Positions 39,236-52,305 of a stretch of 64,000 bases of DNA are shown here, one piece after another. The notes beneath the pieces were generated by a model. It was not told where the DNA came from. It ran no database searches and saw only the letters and a program-made list of their open reading frames with translations. The translations under genes and the position numbers were made by a program. The first letter of the stretch is position 1; every line of letters starts with the position of its first letter. Source of the stretch: Octopus bimaculoides (lineage: Eukaryota); contig NC_068990.1 in NCBI RefSeq assembly GCF_001194135.2, positions 67,285,221 through 67,349,220 of the forward strand. Reading direction: 5' to 3'.

Positions 39236-40282
39236 TAGTGGCATGTTTATACTCATATTGTCTATAAGGAAACCTTCTTCTCTGGAGACAACTTGCCCAG
39301 TATATTCTCTTTCTATATTCAAATGTTGTCCAAATGTACACAGACATGTTAAATATGACTGAGAGTAACTATATAACAACATTGTTTTCAACACAACTTC
39401 AGATCAAAATTCTTGCCAAACAAATTTAAAATAGACAGTTTTAAAGTAGATAAACAGACTCAGACTTTATTTATTAAAGCTCATGTCTACCAATATTTTG
39501 TATTCTATAATCGCAAAAGCAGAGAACATATATAAACAGAACAGGAACAAAAGTGGTCACAACAATAACACCATTAGCTGTAATTATCACAACACGGATA
39601 ATTGTGAGAAGAATAAAGATAATGATAATGTTTAATCTATTCAATAATGCTTCTTCAAATGCAGCAAATGTTCAATATATCTTAATGATAACCTTAATGT
39701 CTTTACTACTGACACTTCCGCATTTTTGTTGGAACTAACCACCTTCCACTTTCATACCAAGGTAAAAACAAACAAACAAACAAAGGAAAAAGAAAATTTC
39801 TAAAAAATAATGAGTTAAAAATTAAAAAACTAAATAATTAAAGATTTGAGTGAAAAAAAAAAAAAGCACAAGATATATATGTGTATATTTGAATGAACTT
39901 TTAAGTGAGAAATAATTAACAAATTTGTTCTGGTATTTTGTTTTGTTGTTTTTTTTTGTAAACTTTCCATTGTTGCTTGTTTTTTTTAAAATTTTTATTG
40001 TTAGTATTTTCTTTTTTGGTTTTACAGTAATTATTTATCTAATTCTACTTTTTCACTCATTATCAGAATTAAAATTCCTGCAGGAGATTGTTGTTGTTGT
40101 TATTTCAACATCATTTCTTTCTTTCCTGCACAAATCTAATTTTTTTTTTTTTGAGAAAACGTTCTTTGAAGTAGTAATTTCCTTGATATGCTATAAAGAA
40201 TATATGTACATGCAAACACACACATATATTCATACACACACACACACAAACACACATACATACACGTGTGTGCGTGTGTAAA

Positions 40283-40560
40283 GCATGATCAGAATGTTGC
40301 TTTGCAACTGCAAGCCCACAAGGTTCTGGGTTTGATTCCCACTGTATAGTATCTTGGTCATATATCATATTTCTATAACCTTGTGTAGATGAAAACTCTA
40401 CAGAAACTTATCAAATGGACTATACCTGTAACCCCAGAAGTACAGCTTTTGTCATACTGGTTCTGATAAAGAATTATGTGTGGAGTATATATGTCTGTGG
40501 CATATTCAGCCACTTCTTTATGCTAATTCAATGAATAGGTAGATCAGCTGACCATATAAC
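40283..40560 (+). mobile_element. family C SINE (degenerate)
   Basis: GGTTTGATTCCC B-box-like motif and ATATTCAGCCACTT core. Confidence 0.45.
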
Positions 40561-40739
40561 TGAATCCCCTTCATCAAATTTGATGAATAATAGTCCATAA
40601 ATATGTGTGTGTGCCCATGAAGGTGTGTGTGTGTGTGTGTGAATGTGAGTGAGTGAGTGAGTGTGCATATGATCATCATTTAAATATCCACTTTTCCTTG
40701 CATGCATGGGCCATATGAGATTCATATATAAGGATTTTC

Positions 40740-40935
40740 CTGCTGTTAGATGCCTTTCCTGTGACAAACCCTCACCTGTTTTCAAGTAAGATAAAAGTTT
40801 TCCCAAATCTTCCGACACAGACAAAATGGTGGCAAGACATGTTTTCACAGATCGTAAATCAACAACACTGTATGGTAGTGATATTTGTTTACAACTAGCA
40901 CACGAAGTTGACTCAAGGACATACATACACAGACA
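40740..40935 (-). mobile_element. tail D fragment
   Basis: GATGCCTTTCCTGTGACAAACCCTCACCTGTTTTCAAGTAAG..GACATGTTTTCACAG. Confidence 0.6.
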
Positions 40936-41388
40936 CACACACTTTCTATGTACCACAAAACTTAATTCTTCACTTATTAAAGTCAACAGTTGTGGTTGCA
41001 TTTTGAACCTGTTTTCACTGAACAGTGAGACAAGTAATATTTTATCATCCTGTTGAGTAAAATAATCTGTATCATCCGTACATCGCCCTATCTATGAACA
41101 ACTACCAACAACTCTTGCTGTCTTAATTGTCCTGTTTTTCTACTTAATTATATTCATACCATTTCCGTATAACTATTTTATGGTCTGATGTCATTAACAA
41201 CCACCTGTCTGTCTTTTATTTTATTGTATTTTCATTGGTTCAACTAATACATTGCCTGTAGCCATCATTTGTTTTTCTCTCTTCTCCCTTTCTTTTGATG
41301 CTGCATTTTAGTTACCTGGTCTATTCTGAGCTCTAATTATATGAATGTGTTATACAACCCTTTTTATGATATATTTTAAACCCTTATA

Positions 41389-41853
41389 CATCATTATCAT
41401 CATCAACAATATCATCATCGTTTAACATCTATTTTCCATGCTGGCATGGGTTGGACGGTTTGACTGAGGTGACTGCACCAGGCTCTAGTCTGATCTAGCA
41501 ATGATTCTACAGCTGGATGCCCTTCCTAACGCCACCCACTCTGAGAGTGTTGTGGGAGCTTTTTATGTGCCACTGGCATGGGTGCCAGTCAGAAGGTTCT
41601 GGTATCGATCACATTCAGATGGTGCTTTTTAATTTCCACTGGCATGGGAGCCAGTCATGGGGCACTGGCCACGACTATGATATTGTTTTACTTGACTCAA
41701 CAGGTCTTCTCAATCATATCATATCACCTCATGTATCAAGGGTATCTTAACTGGGCTGGACATGCATGGCTGCGATCTCACTTTAGTTGCTGGGTCTTCT
41801 CAATCACAGCATATCTCCAAAGATTTCGGTCTCCTGTCATTGCCTCTCCATGT
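41389..41853 (-). mobile_element. 3' end of an RTE-clade LINE (ORF2 C-terminus + 3' UTR = tail B + (GAT)n)
   Basis: Minus strand reads EAMTGDRNLWRYAVIEKTQ (RTE DR..WR C-terminal motif), followed by a ~390-nt UTR ending GTTAAACGATGATG. Confidence 0.75.
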
Positions 41854-41866
41854 GTGTACATATATA

Positions 41867-41900
<34 letters not shown>

Positions 41901-42305
41901 NNNNNNNNNNNNNNNNNNNNNNNNNNNNNNNNNNNNNNNNNNNNNNNNNNNNNNNNNNNNNNNNNNNNNNNNNNNNNNNNNNNNNNNNNNNNNNNNNNNN
42001 NNNNNNNNNNNNNNNNNNNNNNNNNNNNNNNNNNNNNNNNNNNNNNNNNNNNNNNNNNNNNNNNNNNNNNNNNNNNNNNNNNNNNNNNNNNNNNNNNNNN
42101 NNNNNNNNNNNNNNNNNNNNNNNNNNNNNNNNNNNNNNNNNNNNNNNNNNNNNNNNNNNNNNNNNNNNNNNNNNNNNNNNNNNNNNNNNNNNNNNNNNNN
42201 NNNNNNNNNNNNNNNNNNNNNNNNNNNNNNNNNNNNNNNNNNNNNNNNNNNNNNNNNNNNNNNNNNNNNNNNNNNNNNNNNNNNNNNNNNNNNNNNNNNN
42301 NNNNN

Positions 42306-42998
42306 CTGCAACTCCTCTGGATGATCTCCTTGTTTAAGTTGATGAATGCTGCCATAATCCTTGCCTTGAGTTCATCCTCGGTGTTACAAGGAGTTTTGTT
42401 GGTCCCTTGCTAAACTGCACCCCACACATAATAATTAAGGGGGTTGCAGTCTGAGGGAGTTAGGTGGTCAGAATTTAGGGGTGATATGGTTGCAGAAATT
42501 ATCTGACAGCCATGGCTGGGTTCGCCTGCTTATGTGGCATGGTGCAGAATCCTGTTGCCAGACATAGGTTCTTCCAGCAGCCATCCTCTTGACCTCCTCC
42601 AGCACTACCTCCTCCTGGCACTTGATGTAGGCCTCTGTGTTGAGTCTGAGTCCGTGTGGGAAGATGAATGGAAGCATAGCAGTGCCATCACTAGTGATCA
42701 CTCCAAGCACCATGATGTTGACTGGGTGTTTGATTTTTATTACTCTCGGTACATGTCCTCAGATTGACACCCAAACACACTGAAATGATCATATTGGAGT
42801 TTGCAGCATGAATGCCAAGCTGTACAGCATGTCGTTACCAAATTTCTAGCAAAGTGAATTACGTCATAGTGCTGTTTGTCTCACAGACAGTGCTCACCTG
42901 ACTCTACTATACTTTGTAGTCGACAAAATCAAAAGCAAACAATATGCATACATGAAATAATAAATATAAAATGACGACAATTTACCCTTCACACCCTG
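42306..42998 (-). mobile_element. internally deleted DD37D (maT) transposon; other end lost in the gap
   Basis: TA|CAGGGTGTGAAGGGTAAATTGTC terminus. Reads IMVLGVITSDG..WQQDSAPCH..PPNS..PLNYYVWG, with 37 residues between D2 and the D3 position. Confidence 0.88.
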
Positions 42999-43011
42999 TA
43001 TATATATTAGG

Positions 43012-43088
43012 ATAATATAACACAAGGATAGAGGATAACATAAATCTAATATTAAAGCCTGTTATCCTCCATCCTTGTGTTATATTAT
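43012..43088. repeat. 77-nt hairpin: 29-bp arms, 1 mismatch, 19-nt loop
   Basis: ATAATATAACACAAGGATAGAGGATAACA / TGTTATCCTCCATCCTTGTGTTATATTAT. Confidence 0.9.
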
Positions 43089-43479
43089 TCTTGTATTGAT
43101 CTTAAATGAAGAGGAGTTCCACGTGTATCCAGCTCTGGAATATACCCTACTATAAGGATAACATGTGGTAGCTAAATAACAATGTGAGGGCTCTTAAATG
43201 CACATTACAAGTTTTCTATCTGAGTTATACTGAATATATTCTTTCTTTTATTCTCTTATTTTAGTCATTTGACTGTGGCCATGCTGGGGTATTCGCCTTG
43301 AAGGGTTTTCAGTTGAGCAAATTGATCCCAGGACTTTATATTTTTCTAAGTCTAGTACTTATTCTATCAGTTAATTTTTGCCAAACTACTAAGTTACGGG
43401 GATGTAAACACACCAACACCAGTTGTCAAGCTGTGAGGCAGGGACAAACACAGACACAAAGACACGCACACACACACAC

Positions 43480-43523
<44 letters not shown>

Positions 43524-43959
43524 CAACCATGCTAGGCCCCACCACTCAATCCCTCCTGCTGCAGTCTCTCTTTAAGATTGGAAAGTAAAACAATTTCTCT
43601 AGTGTTAGTACCACAAAAATTGCCCCTAGTACACACAGTGAAATTGTTGGCAAATGAGGAGAAAAAGTGTAGGGTCATGAGCTCCCTTTAGCCTCATCTC
43701 ATGGAGGACATATTAACTCTCTAACATTTGTGCCACATGAAAATGCACTCACTACACCTCGTAAAGTGGTTGGTGACAGAAAAGGCAGTAGCTGTAAAAA
43801 GCAGTCCAAAGTAACGGGTACAAGCACCGGTCGATGGGAGTAGCATGTCCCCAAAAGAAATGATTTGAAAAATGAGGATCCATTCAACACATTCCTCTTG
43901 TAAAGCAGATGTGAAAAGATGACAATGATGATATATATTAGTGGGTGTATATGGAGGAT

Positions 43960-44330
43960 CATCATCCTCATCATTTAATGCTTGTTTTCCATGCTGGCAT
44001 GGGTTGAACTGTTTGACAGTAGCTGGCTAGCTAGAAGACTGCATCAGGCCTCACTGTCTGTTTTGGCATGCTTTTTTTTACAATTGGATGTCCTTCCTAA
44101 CACCAACCACTTTTCAGAGTGAACTGAGTGCTTGTTACATAGTACCAGCACCAGCAAGGTCTAATTTAGCATGATTTTTTTTATGGTGGGATGCCCTTTC
44201 TAATGTCAACCACTCCACAAAGTGGCCTGTGTGCTTTTTATGTGGCACCAGCTCTAATGAGGTCTGCTTTGGCATGGTTTTTTTTTACAGCTGGATGCTC
44301 TTCCAAATGCCAACCACTTTACAATGTAGA
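43960..44330 (-). mobile_element. tail B with a ~100-bp subunit triplicated
   Basis: Three tandem GCATG.TTTTT..GGATG.C.TT.C.AA..CCAACCAC units near 44060, 44165 and 44265. Confidence 0.7.
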
Positions 44331-44385
44331 TTATGTATGTAGATATAATGTATATCCTGATTAATAAATACACGCTAATTTTTAA

Positions 44386-44641
44386 CTCTTTCGAATTGTA
44401 GTTGTTTAACCATTTTCCTGTCTTGTGTATCACATGCAATACACAGGACACAATTCCTTGGCATTCATGCATCATATATGATACACATTTCCAGTTTTCT
44501 CAATGAGCACAATGAGTTGGGACTTCCGAAAAAAGAGTTTTAAATTATTCAGAATCTGTGAAACAAGAACTAACTAAAAGTCTGTAAACAAGCACAGACA
44601 TTTAGAGCAAACTTATGGAAATGCTTTGTACAGGCAAAGAG
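44386..44641. mobile_element. possible TTAA-flanked (piggyBac-like) MITE
   Basis: TTAA|CTCTTTCG ... GCAAAGAG|TTAA; the TIR match is only about 6 bp. Confidence 0.4.
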
Positions 44642-45169
44642 TTAAACACTGCATGTTATCCAATTTATTGCAGCCATCTCAAGCCAAATGAAGAACCAAA
44701 GATATTATTCCAGTATATACACTCCTAACAGTGAGGGATAATGATTTAAATTTTGCTGGCAGTACCATGAATAAATGGTAGAAAGTATAATTCTTATTTA
44801 TATTAGTGTCTGGAAGAATAATGACCATGCTGATAACTTGTTGCTCAAGGCATTAGTGGATGGGAGGTAAGAATACAATAGACTTTGTGATATTCGAATA
44901 AATTGAATTGGACTGAATTGAATGGAAATAAAAAGTAAAAGCCTGGAGGGGATTTGCTACAAAATGGGACAGTAATTCATACAGGATGTTATTGTTGCTT
45001 GAGGACCAACAGTTTACCAACCTAGATGTGTGTGTGTGTGTGACTGTATGTCAGTGTTCATATATTTATTTAATAAAATCTGGAATCTGAGGAACTCAGG
45101 CTTGTGTACATTGGCTACACTTAGTCCAGAGTAGAATTCATAGATATTATAAATATAGGAGTGTGTATA

Positions 45170-45625
45170 TTGCCATCATCATCACCATCATTGTTTTAAT
45201 GGCTTTTCTTTTATGCTTGCATAAATCAGAGAGAAATTGCAGAGGCTGGCTTACTACAATCAGATGCCCTTCCTGTCACCAACTTTCACCTGTTTCCATG
45301 CAATGTAATATCTCCCTAAGGTCAGGCATGTTTTTGTGGAAGACTGCAAGTGAAGGTAACTGCTTGTGTGACGGTGATGCTTTCTTATAACCATCACACA
45401 ATGTCAAAACAAGGAGATATAAACACATACATAACTACATGCATACATACATACATACATACATACATGCATGCATGCATGCAAGCATGCATACATACAT
45501 GCATACATGTGTGCATACATACATACATACATACATACATACATGCACACCTACATGTATGTATGTATGACTGGTTTCTTTCTGTTTCCATGTAGCAAAT
45601 CTATTCACATGCTCAGGGTGCCACA
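45170..45625 (-). mobile_element. tail D + (CATA)n hinge + truncated head A
   Basis: D tail at 45170-45425; head remnant TTTCTTTCTGTTTCCATGTAGCAAATCTATTCAC. Confidence 0.68.
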
Positions 45626-45693
45626 AAGAAATCATGTAACCAGAAAATGAACTTCTCACATACAGTCATACCATATGTACACACACATACATA

Positions 45694-46607
45694 TGAAAGT
45701 GTGTTGACAAAGTAGCCAACTTTATTTTTTCCACACAAACTAATGCTATGTGACCAAATCCTTTGGATGGGAAGTGATACCACCCTTCTTGCACAAGTGT
45801 GAAAACTTTCAAACCAGTACATCATGCCAGTCCCCATCTGTTATGCCTTGAATACAAACATGTAGTGCACACTTATCAGATTTTCGTTTTCATGCAAGAT
45901 GACCAAATGCTTTGAGCAGAGAAGAGATATTGCATCAAGTTTTACCAAAAGCTTGATGATATTCAAACACAAACCATCCAGAAGATTCAGCAAGCCTTTG
46001 ACGATGATGTCATGAACAAAAACTTAAATCAGTGAGTGGTACAACTGCTTCAATCATAGCTGCACCTCAGTGGAGAGCAAGGTATGCTCAGGCAGGCCAT
46101 CCACAAGCTGAAACAAGGAGCTGATTAAGAAAGTTCACCAAGTAATCATGGAAAACCATCATGTAACAAGACAGGAAATCACTTACTGAGTATGAATAAG
46201 CACAGGATCAGTGCATTCCATTTTAACAGTAGATTTGTGCATGCAGAGAGAGTTGGCAAAACTTTCCCCCATGCTGCTGGTGAAGCAGCAGAAGCAACTC
46301 TGCATGGAAATCACTTAGGACATGCTGGACTGTGCCACCATGACCCAGATTTCGTGAAGAACATCATCACTGGTTATGAGACATGGGTTTATGGTCTCTG
46401 CTTGATGCTTTTGATCAAATGAAAATTTGATGAGCACACACTACACGTCTGTACTCTAGCTCTAACAGCCAAAGACTGACCTGGTCAACTGGTGCAAAAA
46501 TTTTCATGCACGCACAAGTCGGGTGGTGTCACCTTCCACCCAAAGGATTTTGCCCATGCAGTTGGTGGGAAAATATAAAGCTAGATACTTTTTGAATGCA
46601 CTTCTTA
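45694..46607 (+). mobile_element. internally deleted irritans-like mariner
   Basis: TIRs TGAAAGTGTGTTGACAAAGTAGCCAACTTTAT and (reverse complement) TAAGAAGTGCATTCAAAAAGTATCTAGCTTTAT. Remnant EQ.RYCIKF..SGRPSTS..NIITGYETWVYG, then a deletion. Confidence 0.85.
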
Positions 46608-47169
46608 TATTATCCACACAAACACACACACGCACACACATATATACATATGCATACACAAACACAAACGCGCACACACATATATACATATGCATACACA
46701 AACACACACACACACATATATTGCTTCTAGCATAGGCACATAGCCACAAATGTCTATGTACATCAGTAAATCTCTGCTCTTTGTATGTGTGGGTGCATAA
46801 TGGTTGAATAGTTAAAATATTGTGTTGGACAATTAATTACAAGAGCATGAGTTTAATCTATGTCATGCTCGTTTGCTTAAGATTTTTCACTCATGTGTAA
46901 TCACAGTTAATTGTAGAATTATCATGAAATAATTTCTATATAACTGTCAGATCACTTCAAGTGAGTTCTTGTAAAATGGTGCACTTAAACACCAAAATTT
47001 TTCTCAGAAAAGCAATAAATACCAGGACTTTGACTGCTTATACTGAATTCTGGTTATATTAGCAATAAATCCCTTTGTAACAAATCCAACTATTCAACCA
47101 TGAAGTGCTTATTTTTCATCATACATCACTGAACTCAGAATAATTCTTCATTATGTGGAGGATTGCTTT

Positions 47170-47560
47170 ACAAATTAGTGTTGAGCATTGGTAAAAGTGA
47201 CTGTTGCTTTTACTGCTACCATCGTCTTAGTAGTCATCATCATTGTCCTCCTACTCCTCCACATCATCACTATCAATGTTACTCTCTTTGTAATTACCAT
47301 TATCATTACTGTCATCATCATCATCATCAGCAGCAGCATCCTCATCATTATCATCATCAATGAAAACAAAAACAGCAAAACCACTATTGCCATCATCATA
47401 ATCATTATGATCATTATCATCACCATCAACACCCTCCCATCATCACCACTACCACCATTATCACCATTACGATCAACCCCCACCACCACCAACTGCAACA
47501 ACAGCATAACCACTATCATCATGATCATAAAGATCATCATTATGATCACTCGCACTCCCA
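47170..47560. repeat. degenerate (CAT/CAC/AAC)n low-complexity tract
   Basis: Direct reading; source of the I/M/H-rich ORFs. Confidence 0.85.
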
Positions 47561-47717
47561 TCATCACTTATATCAGGAATTCAAATCAAGAAGTAAACAG
47601 ATTAGTTTTGTCTCTGCCTCCACTATAAACATAAGAGTTGTTAAAATATAATCTTGTGGTTTGCATGAAACATTCATTACACGTATGAGGTAAACAATGG
47701 GAGAAAGAATAATAATA

Positions 47718-48550
47718 ATCCTTTCTACTATAGGCACAAGGCCTGAAATTTTGAGGGAGGGGACTAGTCGATTGTATTGATCCCAGTGTTTCACTGGTAC
47801 TTCATTTATCAACCCCAAAAGGATGAAAGGCAAAGTTGACTTCAGTGGAATTTGAACTCAGAATGTAGCAGCCGGCAAAATGCCGCTAAGCATTTCATCC
47901 AGCATGCTAACAATACTGCCAGCTTGCTGCCTTATTGGTTTCAAATTTTGCCACAAGGGCAGTAATTATGGGGAAGAGGACGAGTCGATTACATCATACC
48001 CAGTGTTCAACTGGTACTCATCTTATTGACCCTGAAAGGATGAAAAGCAAAATCGACCTCGGTGGAATTTGAACTCAGAACATAATGATGGAAGAAATAC
48101 TGCTAAACTCTTCACTCAGCATGCTAATGATTCTGCCAGCTTGAAGATGGTTTAAGAATTTTAGCACAAGACTGGTAATTTTCAAAGGAACAGATCAGTT
48201 GATTCCATCTATGCTAGTAATTGACTGATGGTTTATTTTATCAACCCCAAAAGGATGGAAAGCATAATCTATCTTGGTGAACAGAATGTAAAGAAATGCT
48301 GCTAAGCATTTTGTCTGGCACACTAACAATTCTACCAGCTCACCACCTTAAGAATAACAATGATAACAATAATAATAATAAATGCTAAGTACAAACAATG
48401 CAAGTTGTTTATATTAATATTTTTAAATTTCTTCAGATTTTTTCAGTTCATGATTACTAGGTCTTATTTAAGGTAAAACATGGAATAATGTAAAGAAATG
48501 CTGCTAAGCATTTTGTCTAGCACACTAACAATTCTACCAGCTCACCACCT
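47718..48550 (-). mobile_element. array of 3 family E SINEs plus a duplicated head
   Basis: Copies near 47718, 47936, 48150 and 48487. Confidence 0.88.
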
Positions 48551-48691
48551 TAAGAATAACAATGATAACAATAATAATAATAAATGCTAAGTACAAACAA
48601 TGCAAGTTGTTTATATTAATATTTTTAAATTTCTTCAGATTTTTTCAGTTCATGATTACTAGGTCTTATTTAAGGTAAAACATGGAATAAT
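48285..48691. repeat. 2 x 202-bp near-identical tandem duplication
   Basis: Units start AATGTAAAGAAATGCTGC at 48285 and 48487; one difference seen (CTGG/CTAG). Confidence 0.9.
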
Positions 48692-49479
48692 TTCTTTATC
48701 TGCTTTATTGAGATTTTCTCTAATATCTGTCTCTACAAAGAGATGTTATTAACATGTATTCCTATTTTCATTCTTTTTTTTTTTAAATTTTATTATTACC
48801 ATCATTATTTTTCATTATTATTATGTTATTGCTACTATTATTATTCTTATTATTTTTCATTATTATTCTGCTCTGTTTACATCAAATTTCACTTTGTATA
48901 CATTATGCAACCATTGACAAAGACAGAGAGTGGGGGTTGGGGTGGGGGAGAACGTATGTCTGACATGTTTTAAATTGCATAAATATACAAAAAGAGCAAA
49001 TGAATTAGTAAAATTGAAATGAAAAATGGTAAATAAATATACATAAAGTATTATAATTAAATTTCAGTGAATTATCGTATGAAATAAACTTTACGAAGAA
49101 TATCAGCACAGAAGCAAAGAAATATCTGAACTTCAAACAGCCATTCTTTATTAAACCAGGTGCATGACACTGTCTTGTGCAATGATTGTTTTTTGGCTTT
49201 GCTCTGCCACAGTTTAGAAATTTCATATTCTGAGTCATTGCATTAGATGGATTTACCTCTAAAGAGATAATCCCATCTATTAATAATTATGCTACACCAC
49301 TTTTTTTTTTCTGTTCTTCATACATGTTATTAAGTTTGTTTGGCCTGATTATTTTATAACTTTGTACAAGAAGAAGGTTGGCATAGGAAACTGTGATGTT
49401 GTTATGTTCAGTGAATGGATCAGAATGTAACTCAAAGCTGTTTCTTAAAATAATAGGAATGTGTGTGTGTGCATGCATG

Positions 49480-49513
<34 letters not shown>

Positions 49514-50414
49514 TGTGTGCGTATGTGTGTTTGTGTGTGTGTGTGTGTATGTGTGTGTTTGTGTATGTGTGTGCATGTGTGTGTGTGCTAAATGACAGAC
49601 CTGCTAATTGATACTTTGCCCTACCATATACCATTGCTAGTTTTCTATTCCATATGAGTTGAGCTTAGACATCCAAAAACAATGTAATTGAATCTCAGCT
49701 AAAACTGTCACTTAGGATCTTTTTTGTGATGTTAACTGGATAATTTATGACCCACAGGTATTGCTATTCAAGAGATTAACATCACCAATACCTCCGCACC
49801 ACAACCACAACCTCTGCAACCATTACTTTTATATAAATTAGTCAAAATGGATAAGGCATTACATTCTAAACTAATGAAGCATGAGTTCATGTTTCCCTGG
49901 AGGTAGTGCAGGGAGTTAATTGTATCAGCAACTCAACTCCATTAATTTAGTTAAGGCATACACACACACACACACGCACACACACATGCATACAAAATCA
50001 TTATTATTGATGATCTGTTGTTCATAATATATAAGAAAATAATGCAAACCATCATCATCATCACCATCATCATCATTATCTTCATTTTAATGTCCACTTT
50101 TCCATGCTTTCATGGGTCAGATGGAATCTGATCAAGATAATATTTCCCTGTAACCACATGTTTTTCACAGAAGACTACTGAAAATGAACAACATCACATG
50201 ATGTCAAGACAGGTGCACACACACACACAACCCCAACCTCCCCCCTACACACACAGACATACACACACAGAGGCACAGGCATAGATTCTTACCAGACATT
50301 CATGCCTGCTAAGTGTTAGTGAAGAGCTTTTACTTCCCCAAGACAAACTGCAGTGGAAAGCCTTTCCAGGTCCAAATATGTGAACATATTTGAACTGGTT
50401 TTAACTTTGTACTC

Positions 50415-50695
50415 CATCACTGCTTTGTATACTCACTCACGAACATGTGTGAGTGTGTGTATTTATGTGTATATACCCTTGTCTTGATGTCATATGACAG
50501 CTGTAGACAAGCATCACCATCATATAGGTAATGTTGTTTGTCTCTAGTCTTTCTGCAAAACAAGTCCAGCCAAGGGGAAAAATTATCTTGCTTGAGAACA
50601 AAGGAGGATTGGCAATAGGAAGGGCATCCAGTCATTAAAAATCTGCCTCTGTAGACATCATCCAACCCATGCAGTCATGGAAAAGTGGTCGTATC
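50415..50695 (+). mobile_element. (TG) hinge + tail D fragment
   Basis: CTTGTCTTGATGTCA..AGGAAGGGCATCCAG..CATGGAAAAGTGG. Confidence 0.6.
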
Positions 50696-51596
50696 ATTTC
50701 TTATGCATGTATATATCATTTTACTTGTTGACCCACCATTCAGATAACATGAAACACTAAAAAAATTTATAGGTAAAATAAATTTTTTATTCAACATTCT
50801 CTCTTCTGGGATTTAGTTGCTATTATGCATTGGAAAAGGAAGGACAGGAAAAACAGATATATATATATACAGAGAGAGGGGATTCAGAGAGAGGGGATTC
50901 GGAGAGAGGGAATTCGGAGAGAGAGTGGGGAAACATGAACAAGAACAGGTGCAAAAGACAAGATGATGGAAATATATATAAAAAAAAAAAACAAAGAATG
51001 ATGAATATTTACAGTGTTCATCATACATCATTGATGAACGAAACGGATAAAAGAACAAATAAGACACTTAGAAGAACTGAAATGCCATAAAATGTAGCAC
51101 ACCAGCCTTAATAGTAATAACACTATTACTTTATTGTTGTTGTTATTATTAGTAGTAGCAGTAGTGGTGGTGTTTTTGTTGATGAATGAAGAACAAAAAA
51201 ACAAGATGGTGTCAACACAAATTATTCACTAAGGAAAAATTATAAAAAAATGAAAAAAATACATCAGATTTTTTTCACTTGGTACAAGATTACTAGAATG
51301 TTCTCACAAAGACTGCAGTAGTTTCCTTAACTCTAAGAAGCAGAAGCTGAGGTGTGTTAGTGTTAGCTAATCCAATAAGTTCAGGTTAAATAACTTGGAG
51401 AGAGAGAGTTATAGAGATAGGCAGCTCATCAATAAGTTCTGATGGAATCTCATGTTGTCATCCTGAAGAATATACCATTTTTGAAATGAATGTTCCAAAG
51501 AAGGATCCATGATGTACCAAGACACTTGAAAAATAATGCTCTATGTCAATGCTTTGTGTTCTTTGAAAAGCTTCTGTACGAATGTGTATCAGTGTA

Positions 51597-51652
<56 letters not shown>

Positions 51653-51844
51653 TCTTGTACACAAAATTCTTATACACAACATACCTCTGCACCCCCAAAA
51701 TACACATACAAATATATAGAGATGACTGAAAATAAATCAGAATGTGTAAGTGTTTATGTATGTGTCTACAGTTATACATGTCTGTTCACACACATGACAA
51801 GTATAGACAGGGGAAATATACTTACTGCTTGTGCTTCAGAAGAT

Positions 51845-52305
51845 GCAGGTGTGGCTGTGTGGTTCAAAAGTTTGTCTCCCAATTACATTGTTTCAAGTTC
51901 AATTCTGCTACGTGGTACCATTGGCAATTCTCTTCTGCAATAGCCCAAGGCTGATCAAAACCTTTTGAATGGATCTCATTGATGGAAACTCAAAGAAGCC
52001 TGTCATACGTGTGTGTGCGTGTGTGCATGCAAGTGTTAGTGAGATTATACTAGTGTTTTCCTGTTTTGACGTCATGTGATAGTTGTAAATGAGTATCACT
52101 GTCATACAAGCAGTGTCATTCATTTCCAGTATTCTGTGAAAACATGTCTGGCCATAGGGAAATATTACCTTACTTGGAAGTAAGTGAGGATAAGTGACAA
52201 GGAGTGCATCTGTCTCTAGGAAATCTGCCTCAGTGAATTCCATCTAATCCATGCTAGAATGGGAAAGTTCCATAAAAACAATGATGATGATGATAATGAT
52301 GATGC
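51845..52305 (+). mobile_element. SINE head A + (TG)n hinge + tail D + (GAT)n
   Basis: GCAGGTGTGGCTGTGTGG head; tail GAAAACATGTCTGGCCATAGGGAAATATTACCTTACTTGGAAG..ATGATGATG. Confidence 0.78.
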
